A stretch of DNA of 64,000 nt from Eubacteriales bacterium (lineage in GTDB: Bacteria > Bacillota > Clostridia > Oscillospirales > CAG-272). Below are positions 8,689 to 15,837 of the stretch, in pieces (the stretch's first letter is position 1; the number at the start of each line of letters is the position of its first letter). The DNA lies in NCBI GenBank assembly GCA_045653505.1, contig JAZOLZ010000030.1:21805-85804 (forward strand). Reading direction: 5' to 3'. A model generated the notes under the pieces. The model searched no databases. It saw only the letters and a list, made by a program, of their open reading frames with translations, and was not told the DNA's origin. The position numbers and the translations under genes were made by a program.

Positions 8689-10053
8689 ATGCGGCTTAAC
8701 CTTTCTATAACAAAAAAGCAAAAGGCATTTATTGACGCAGATGCGCAAGAGGTGCTTTTTGGCGGGGCGGCAGGCGGCGGAAAATCCTTTGGGCAAATTG
8801 TAGACGCGTTACTCTTTGCCCTTAAGTACAAGGGTTCTAAGCAGTTGGTGCTGAGGCGTACCTTTGCGGAACTTGATAAGTCTCTTATAAGATGCGCCCT
8901 CTCTCTATACCCCAGAGAGATTTATACCTTTAATTCTTCCAGCCATATTATGAAATTTAAAAACGGCAGTGTTATCGACTTTGGTTACTGTGCAAGTGAG
9001 AACGACGTCTATCAGTACCAGAGCGCAGAATATGACGTTGTGCGCTTTGACGAACTTACCCACTTTACCGAGGCTCAATATCTGTACCTTATCTCCCGCG
9101 TAAGAGGTACAAGCGGCTACCCAAAGCAGATAAAATCCTCCACCAACCCCGGTGGCATCGGACACAGTTGGGTTAAAAAGAGGTTTATCGATAAGGGTGT
9201 GCGCAACACTCCGTTTACGGCAGAGGACGGTATGCAAAGGATTTTTATCCCATCCCTGCTCTCTGACAACGACTTTTTGGCAAAGGGTGACCCTGAGTAT
9301 AAAAACAGGCTCTTAGCCCTGCCCGAAAAGGAGAAAAAGGCACTGCTATACGGTGACTGGGACATCTTTGAGGGACAATACTTCAGCGAATTCGACAGGC
9401 AGATACATATTTGTGATGCGTTTACTGTACCAAGATCTTGGAGAAAATACAGAACGATAGATTACGGCCTTGACCGTCTTGTATGCCTGTGGATCGCAGT
9501 AGCCCCCGACGGGTGTGCCTACGTTTATCGCGAGATAGCGATGAGCGATATGCCTATAAGCAAGGCCGCGGCAGCCATTACAGAACGCACTCCGAAAGAT
9601 GAAGAAATCTATGCAACACTTGCCCCTCCCGATTTATGGGCAAGGAGCCAGGAGAGCGGCAAAAGTAAGGCTGCTCTATTCTCTGAGCACGGTATAAACT
9701 TTACCAAAACGGCAAACGACAGAGAGACGGGATGGCTTGCGATAAAGGAACTTTTGCAAACAAAGGATAACAAAGTGGGGCTTAAAATCTTCTCTTTTTG
9801 TAATGAGTTGATACGTTGCCTGCCTGCGCTTGTGCGAGATAAACTCAAGCCCAGCGACTGTGCCAACGAGCCCCATGATATTACCCATGCCCCCGATGCA
9901 TTACGCGGCTTTGCCATATTTTATGCAAGACCCGCAAGCAGTGAAAGAGGGAGCCAAAGGCGCTTTTGGACACCGGATATGTGGGAGGACTATAAGATGG
10001 CAAGTGAGGAAGAAAAACAATATTTAAAGCAAAAATACGGAGAACCGAAGTGA
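8689..10053 (+). CDS. Terminase large subunit
   Basis: 454 aa. Walker A FGGAAGGGKSFG, Walker B-like VVRFDELTHF, C-terminal nuclease-type region. Position between terS and the putative portal gene. Confidence 0.88.
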   Translation: MRLNLSITKKQKAFIDADAQEVLFGGAAGGGKSFGQIVDALLFALKYKGSKQLVLRRTFAELDKSLIRCALSLYPREIYTFNSSSHIMKFKNGSVIDFGYCASENDVYQYQSAEYDVVRFDELTHFTEAQYLYLISRVRGTSGYPKQIKSSTNPGGIGHSWVKKRFIDKGVRNTPFTAEDGMQRIFIPSLLSDNDFLAKGDPEYKNRLLALPEKEKKALLYGDWDIFEGQYFSEFDRQIHICDAFTVPRSWRKYRTIDYGLDRLVCLWIAVAPDGCAYVYREIAMSDMPISKAAAAITERTPKDEEIYATLAPPDLWARSQESGKSKAALFSEHGINFTKTANDRETGWLAIKELLQTKDNKVGLKIFSFCNELIRCLPALVRDKLKPSDCANEPHDITHAPDALRGFAIFYARPASSERGSQRRFWTPDMWEDYKMASEEEKQYLKQKYGEPK

Positions 10054-11768
10054 AAAGAAAAACAACGAAGAATGAACTAAGGCTAGCCTATTTTAAAGAT
10101 CTTTATGAAAATGCAAAAAACCGCTATCAGGAAACCGACGCACGTCTAGAAAGGCATATGAAGCAGTATAAGGGCGACATTGCCATAGACAACTCAAACG
10201 AGGCGGCAAGTATCGTAAGAAACATTACCTACGAGATTATTGAAAGCCAACTCTCCTCGGATATACCACTACCTAAAGTGGACACAGAGTGCTACAGCGA
10301 AAGGCGTGACCGTAATGCAAAGACGGTGGAGCGGCTCTGCTCTGCCCTGCGCTCAAGACTGCCCTTTGAACAGATGAACGATATTGACGAGAGATATACC
10401 TATATCTACGGCAGCAGCATCTGGTACGTAGAGTGGGAGAACAGTGAGGGCGAGGTGAAGGTACACTGCATCTCCCCGCGCGATTTTATCCCACAGCCGA
10501 ATATCACAAATATAAAGGATATGCAGTACTGCTTTTTGGTCTTTACCACCACTAAAGAGGAGCTTATGCTCAAATACGGGGTGAGTAAAGACGAGACAGA
10601 GGGCTTTGAGGGGGATGTAAGCTGCGAGGATACAGTAAAGGTTGTTATCGCCTTTTATAAGGGAGAGGGCGGAGAGATAGGACAGTTTATCTTCTCGGGC
10701 GAGGTTATCCTCTCGGATATACCAGATTATTATAAAAGGAAGATAAACGTCTGCCCCATCTGTGAAAAGACAGAGGGCGAGTGCGAATGCAAAACACAGC
10801 ACTTTGTACCAAAAGATATAGACGCAGAAAGCGTGAATATCGGTGAATATGTAAATATTGATTTGCAGTCTACGCCTATTACCGTTGAAGTCAAATACTA
10901 TACTCCAAAGGACTTTCCTATCATCATACGCAAAAACACCTCGGGCGAAAAGAGCCTCTTTGGTCAATCCGACTGTGAATACGTAAGACCCCAGCAGCAG
11001 GCGATAAACAAGATAGAGAGCCGCATTATGCAAAAACTCTTAAGGGCGGGAATTACCCCGATAATGCCCGAGGATGCCTCGGTTGCGCTCAATAACTCTG
11101 TGTTTGGCCAGGTGATAAAAATGAAGCCGGGCGAGAGCGCCTCACAGTATGGCAAGGTGGACACCACGCCCGATATCTCACAAGATATTATTGAAGCGGA
11201 AAGGCTTTACGATCAGGCAAAAAGGACCCTCGGTATTTCCGACGCCTTCCAGGGTATTGATAACAACAAAAACGAGTCGGGCTATGCAAGACAACTGAGA
11301 ATTTCTCAGGCATCGGGCAGACTTGAGTCCAAGAAAAAGATGAAATATACTGCCTATGCCGAACTTGACAGACTTATCTTTTTACATTACCTTGCCTTTG
11401 CAGACGCGCCGAAGAGACTTGTATACAAGGATGCTTACGGCAGGATACATAACGCAGAGTTCAAAAGAGGCGACTTTTTGGAATACGATAACACCCTTGG
11501 AGAGTTCTACTATGATGACAGTTACCTGTTCTCGGTAGACTTAAACGGCGGGGCTGAATACCAAAGAGAGGCTCTTTGGGAAAGAAATCTTGAAAACTTA
11601 AGAGCAGGCGCGCTTGGAGAACCGTCAAGCCCTATCACTCTTTTAAGATACTGGCAGGCGCAGGAAAGAGCGCACTATCCCTTTGCGAGGGAAAACGTTG
11701 AATACTTTAAAAATCTTGAGGATAAGGAGGGAGGTCTTTATGACAGTCAGCCAGGAGTTTTTGAATAA
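10050..11768 (+). CDS. Putative portal protein
   Basis: 572 aa, GTG start overlapping the terL stop (GTGA), RBS GGAGAA. Size and position directly after terL fit a portal. Contains a Cys-rich insert, CPICEKTEGECECK. Confidence 0.6.
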   Translation: MKRKTTKNELRLAYFKDLYENAKNRYQETDARLERHMKQYKGDIAIDNSNEAASIVRNITYEIIESQLSSDIPLPKVDTECYSERRDRNAKTVERLCSALRSRLPFEQMNDIDERYTYIYGSSIWYVEWENSEGEVKVHCISPRDFIPQPNITNIKDMQYCFLVFTTTKEELMLKYGVSKDETEGFEGDVSCEDTVKVVIAFYKGEGGEIGQFIFSGEVILSDIPDYYKRKINVCPICEKTEGECECKTQHFVPKDIDAESVNIGEYVNIDLQSTPITVEVKYYTPKDFPIIIRKNTSGEKSLFGQSDCEYVRPQQQAINKIESRIMQKLLRAGITPIMPEDASVALNNSVFGQVIKMKPGESASQYGKVDTTPDISQDIIEAERLYDQAKRTLGISDAFQGIDNNKNESGYARQLRISQASGRLESKKKMKYTAYAELDRLIFLHYLAFADAPKRLVYKDAYGRIHNAEFKRGDFLEYDNTLGEFYYDDSYLFSVDLNGGAEYQREALWERNLENLRAGALGEPSSPITLLRYWQAQERAHYPFARENVEYFKNLEDKEGGLYDSQPGVFE

Positions 11769-12444
11769 AAAGCAGTATGACAAGGACAATTACGACAACG
11801 CGCGCTTAAGTTTTAAGGACTACCTCTCCTATATCGGCAAGGACTACCAAAAGGAGTATAACAATGCGCTGCTTAACCTTGATGCAAAGGGCGCTAAGGC
11901 AGACCCATATTACGGCAAAAGCGGTGAGAGTCTACGTCAGATGGGACTTGTAAATTCAGGCTATGCCAACTATCTTAAAGAGCAAAACCAAAAGACCTTA
12001 AGTGTGGCAAAGGACAGCCTTTACGCATCCTACTTAAAGAATTTAGACAGTTCAAAGGACAGTTATGCCAATTACATTATGGACTATCAGCAAAAGCAAA
12101 ACAATATCGCAAAGACACTTATATCAAGACTTGAAAGTGACGGCGTGCTTGACTTTGACAGAGCATACCAGCTTGCGCTGAAGGAGGGTCTTAACGAGGC
12201 AAACGCCAAGGCCGCGGCAGAAAGCGGTATAAAGGCTGCAAGAGACAGTATTTACTACAAGATAATCGACCTTATCGGCAAGTATAAGTACTCCCGTGAG
12301 CGCGCCGAGATATACGCAAGACAAATGGGTCTGTCTCCTGAAGACGTAATGGCACTTGGAGATTATGCTTACCGTATAAATGAGGAAATATACGGTAGTG
12401 GCAGTCTTATTGATGACCTTGAAAACCAACATCAGGGTACATAA
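11740..12444 (+). CDS. Phage-cluster hypothetical protein (head-module position)
   Basis: ORF 11683..12444 trimmed to ATG 11740, preceded by GGAGGGAGG. 234 aa. Overlaps the end of the portal ORF. No motif recognised. Confidence 0.6.
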   Translation: MTVSQEFLNKKQYDKDNYDNARLSFKDYLSYIGKDYQKEYNNALLNLDAKGAKADPYYGKSGESLRQMGLVNSGYANYLKEQNQKTLSVAKDSLYASYLKNLDSSKDSYANYIMDYQQKQNNIAKTLISRLESDGVLDFDRAYQLALKEGLNEANAKAAAESGIKAARDSIYYKIIDLIGKYKYSRERAEIYARQMGLSPEDVMALGDYAYRINEEIYGSGSLIDDLENQHQGT

Positions 12445-12462
12445 AAAGAAAGGAATTTAATA

Positions 12463-12597
12463 ATGAAGAAAAACAACAACTATTCTACCTATGCTACCAA
12501 CAAGGGCGGTTTTATCAAGGCGCCCAAGCCCCAGAAGGACGACGTGCGCGCTACCGTAACAAAGGGTACCGATCTTCGCACAAAGGGCGGTAGATAA
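12463..12597 (+). CDS. Small basic phage-cluster protein (44 aa, below the ORF-track cutoff)
   Basis: Own translation: MKKNNNYSTYATNKGGFIKAPKPQKDDVRATVTKGTDLRTKGGR. RBS AAAGAAAGGAA lies 8-10 nt upstream. The ORF fills the gap between neighbouring genes almost exactly (its stop is 3 nt before the next ATG). Confidence 0.45.
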   Translation: MKKNNNYSTYATNKGGFIKAPKPQKDDVRATVTKGTDLRTKGGR

Positions 12598-12599
12598 TT

Positions 12600-13106
12600 A
12601 TGGATAACGAACTTTTTAAGGACGACGATGCTCCCTTAGAAACAAATACCGATAAAGATATCGAGAATAACGACAGCGCTATATCCACCTCCGATGATAT
12701 CACAGACACCTCTACCCTGTCCACGCAAGAAATAGAAGCAGAGGTGGGTGAAAAAACACCCGAGGGCGCTATTGACTATGCCCAACTTGAAAAAGATGAC
12801 ATAGCGGCGCTCAGGGGTGAGTTTACCGAAGTTATTTATATGAAAAGCCTCTCGGAACTCAAAAATCCCGAAAGATACGGTGAATTAAGAGATATGGGTT
12901 TAAGTCCTAAGGAGGCCTATCTTGCCAGCGGCGGCAAAAGGCAAAAGCAGGACAACCGTACGCACCTGCACAGCGCGGTGCCGAGGAGCGCAAGCGGTCA
13001 AAGGAGTATGCCCGAGGAGGACCTCAGAGCGGCCAAAAACATCTTTGACGGTATGAGCGATGGTGAGATCATCAGGCTTTATCGAAAGGTAAATAGCCAA
13101 CAGTAA
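12600..13106 (+). CDS. Putative scaffolding protein
   Basis: 168 aa. Very acidic N-terminal half and charged helical C-terminal half. Position upstream of the capsid gene, with no prohead protease gene present. Confidence 0.5.
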   Translation: MDNELFKDDDAPLETNTDKDIENNDSAISTSDDITDTSTLSTQEIEAEVGEKTPEGAIDYAQLEKDDIAALRGEFTEVIYMKSLSELKNPERYGELRDMGLSPKEAYLASGGKRQKQDNRTHLHSAVPRSASGQRSMPEEDLRAAKNIFDGMSDGEIIRLYRKVNSQQ

Positions 13107-13225
13107 GTTGAATTGAACACGCCCAAAAGAAAGACTTTACGAGCGAATTTGCTTTAAAAGACGCAAATTTATCCGGCTTTCAACGCATTCGATTCAGGTT
13201 GCTTGGCTAAGAAAGGATATTTAAA

Positions 13226-13612
13226 ATGTTTATTTTAAGAAAAATTACCGACAGCGGCGTCAACGTGCCCGAGACTGTGAAAATGAAGGCCGACAAGGCA
13301 TCCACCTACAAGGCCGGTTGCGCCTTAACTCTTAAAAGCGGTGTTGTCAAAAACTGCACCGCAACCGAGACGGCAAAGTACATAGCACAGGAAAACGCAA
13401 GCGGAAAAGAGTATATCAGTTGCTTTAAGGTTAATCCGAATATGATATTTGAAGCCCCCGCAAGCGCTGATATCTCGGCACTCAATATAGGCGCCAAAGT
13501 TACCCTTGGCATTACAAACGGTGTAGCGCTCGGGGTCACGGCAACAACCGACGGAGGTGTTGCCGAAATCGTTGAAAAAATCAACAACAATACTTTATAT
13601 ATCAAGTTTTAA
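13226..13612 (+). CDS. Phage-cluster hypothetical protein (possible head decoration/cement protein, by position only)
   Basis: 128 aa, RBS AAGAAAGGA, immediately upstream of the major capsid gene. Gly/Ala/Val-rich, beta-type sequence. Confidence 0.55.
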   Translation: MFILRKITDSGVNVPETVKMKADKASTYKAGCALTLKSGVVKNCTATETAKYIAQENASGKEYISCFKVNPNMIFEAPASADISALNIGAKVTLGITNGVALGVTATTDGGVAEIVEKINNNTLYIKF

Positions 13613-13624
13613 AGGAGAGATATA

Positions 13625-14683
13625 ATGATAATCTATTCAAAAAATTCAGGGCTCAATAACGCCGCTATAGGCAAGCTTGAGACACCTATAAAGATGGTTA
13701 TTGAGCACGAGAGCGACGTGCAGACCAAAAAGGGCGGTATCGCAAGTTGGCTCTTTAACATCGAAAAAAGCCAGAGATTTGGCGAGACAATAGTCGGACA
13801 GAACGAGTTTGACGTGTTCTCCGCAACCGAGGAGGGCTCAGGCGCTGAAAACGATACTGTCATCGAGACCTATCGCAAATTTATCGAGCACATCCAGTTT
13901 ATGAAGGAGTTTACCATCACCGCACAGATGATGGAGGACGCAAACTACGGCGTTGCGCAGGATGCAAAGAGACGCGCTGAGAACTTTACACGCGCATACT
14001 ACAAGACTATGCATAAGATATGCGAATACGCCCTTGCCAATGCAACCGCCTCTACAGGCACCTTTGCAAAAGCGAGCATCGACCTCACAGCGCCCGATGG
14101 ATTACCCCTGTTCTCAAATTCACACACATGGGGCGGTCTTAACAATACCGGCACTCAGTCAAACTACTTCTCGGGCAATATCTTTTCAACCGGTACGGGT
14201 AGCGCACGTAAGGCGTCTACCGGCGCATTTGAAGAGGCCCTTGCCGATCTTGCTGTAAAATTACGCAATATGAAGGATGAAAACGGCGAGATCCTCGGCT
14301 ACACCGCGGATACCCTTATCCTCCCCGGCAACAGACCCCTTGCCGAGCAGATTGCAAAGAAGGTATGCGGCTCAGAGGGTGCGCTCGGCAACGGCTATAA
14401 CGATATCAACCTGCACTATGGCAACTGGAATATCGTTATCATGCCCTCATGGCAGACAAATGATGACAGAGTTATGGTTATGTCAAGTGAGGCCAACAAG
14501 AACCTCTCGGGCAATATGTTCTTTAACCGTGTGCCCCTTACCGTATCTAACTGGGTGGACAACCACACAGGCAACTACATCTGGGGCGGCAGATGCCGCT
14601 TTGGCGTAGGCTTTGGCACATACAAGCACATTTTGCTTGCCGTTGACTCAGAGAGCACTCTTAGCGGTACAACCTCTCTTTAA
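13625..14683 (+). CDS. Major capsid protein
   Basis: 352 aa, RBS AAAGGAGAG. Size and position after the scaffold/decoration genes, followed by a hairpin. Sequence style is typical of phage coat proteins. The family could not be assigned without a search. Confidence 0.7.
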   Translation: MIIYSKNSGLNNAAIGKLETPIKMVIEHESDVQTKKGGIASWLFNIEKSQRFGETIVGQNEFDVFSATEEGSGAENDTVIETYRKFIEHIQFMKEFTITAQMMEDANYGVAQDAKRRAENFTRAYYKTMHKICEYALANATASTGTFAKASIDLTAPDGLPLFSNSHTWGGLNNTGTQSNYFSGNIFSTGTGSARKASTGAFEEALADLAVKLRNMKDENGEILGYTADTLILPGNRPLAEQIAKKVCGSEGALGNGYNDINLHYGNWNIVIMPSWQTNDDRVMVMSSEANKNLSGNMFFNRVPLTVSNWVDNHTGNYIWGGRCRFGVGFGTYKHILLAVDSESTLSGTTSL

Positions 14684-14746
14684 TTTTTAAAGTAAATTGA
14701 TTTTTCGGGGGTTGTATGTAAATCTATATTTGCATACAGCCCTTTT

Positions 14747-14982
14747 GGGCGAACGGATTTTTGAGCAGAAATCCTCGGCTGATGAGCGAGAGGCGTATAT
14801 ATATACGCCGAGCGAGGAAACGAGGATAGAATAAAAAACTATAATAAATACGGAAGAAATTCGTAAGAATTTCAACCTTAGTACCTATTAAATCAGCACA
14901 AAGCAAAAATGAGGTATAGAGTAGCCTACACCCCATTAAACATTTTGTTTTTTATTCGGTTATGCCGAAATACGACAGCCCC
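14747..14982 (+). ncRNA. Unclassified structured repeat element, copy A (candidate cis-regulatory or small RNA, or a MITE-like insert)
   Basis: Shares blocks GATAGAATAAAAAACT, CAACCTTAGTA and TTGTTTTTTATTCGGTTA with 46272-46500. Two stems differ between the copies by compensatory changes. Ends in a hairpin plus T-run. No conserved ORF. Confidence 0.5.
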
Positions 14983-15012
14983 TTATTTCTCAAAAATACG
15001 AAAGGAGATATT

Positions 15013-15837
15013 ATGACAGTCAATGAACTTTTAATTGAAGAAATGGCGCTTGGATTTGCAAATACGCTTGAACTTAACGCCACTTTTCTTGGCGCAGTCA
15101 ACCGAGCAGTAAGAGAGATATGTAACGAGGACGGAGAAAAGAAAAGGCTCAGAATACTTAAGAACTCCCCAAAGCCTATAAAGAATATAAAAAAACTTGT
15201 ATTTAACGGTGATGGCGAGGAGCGCATAACCGTCTTTGGCAAGACGCTTTACTTTAAACTCTCGGGCAAAGGCAGTTACCAAATTAACGATACGGGAGAG
15301 GAAAAACCCTTTGAAATTAGTTTTGGCGTTGTGAAAATGCATATTAATCCCGGCGATACTCTTATATTTAAAGGCGACGTTGCCTATACGGTATTTGATA
15401 TAACCGTATTTAAAGATAGGCTTGATCTTAACGATCTGCCGACCGACCCTTTAGTACCGTATGATATCAATTCACTCACTGATGATTTTTTGTCATTCTC
15501 GGGTACACTGCGCGACGAAAGAGGCTTTGAGATAAAGGATGCACAGTTAAGCGGCAGTACGGTTTATATCCCAAGGGAGATAAACGGGGAATTTGAGGTA
15601 TCCTACAAGAGAGCGGCCCCCACTCTCACTCTTGATGACGGCGAAAGCGAAATAGATATACCAAAGGAATATTTACCGCTTTTACCGCTTTTGGTGGCAG
15701 GATATCTGTGGCTTGACGATGAGCCTGAAAAGGCGCAGTATTATACCTCGCTATATAAGGAGGGACTACAGCGTACGAAATACTATAAAGGCTTTTCATC
15801 CCCTTCTAAATACAATGACGTTTTGGGGTGGGCGTGA
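15013..15837 (+). CDS. Phage-cluster protein, possible head-tail adaptor
   Basis: ORF 14962..15837 trimmed to ATG 15013 after AAAGGAG. 274 aa. The C-terminal segment EYLPLLPLLVAGYLWLDDEPEKAQYY resembles connector/adaptor proteins (weak, from memory). Confidence 0.5.
   Translation: MTVNELLIEEMALGFANTLELNATFLGAVNRAVREICNEDGEKKRLRILKNSPKPIKNIKKLVFNGDGEERITVFGKTLYFKLSGKGSYQINDTGEEKPFEISFGVVKMHINPGDTLIFKGDVAYTVFDITVFKDRLDLNDLPTDPLVPYDINSLTDDFLSFSGTLRDERGFEIKDAQLSGSTVYIPREINGEFEVSYKRAAPTLTLDDGESEIDIPKEYLPLLPLLVAGYLWLDDEPEKAQYYTSLYKEGLQRTKYYKGFSSPSKYNDVLGWA

Noticed and set aside
14779-14821. Hammerhead-ribozyme-like core strings CTGATGAG ... GAAAC inside copy A of the repeat element
   Set aside because: Stem II cannot form next to the core. 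The segment between the two strings starts GCGAGA and ends GAGCGAG (purine-rich on both sides, with no closing G-C/C-G pairs). The strings are also absent from copy B, where the region is a plain hairpin. This looks like a chance match.
14687-14936. Minus-strand ORFs (62 and 70 aa) in copy A, and the 67-aa ORF 46250..46453 in copy B
   Set aside because: The reading frames and lengths are not conserved between the two copies. Similarity is confined to the translated conserved nucleotide blocks. The substitutions preserve base pairing, not codons.
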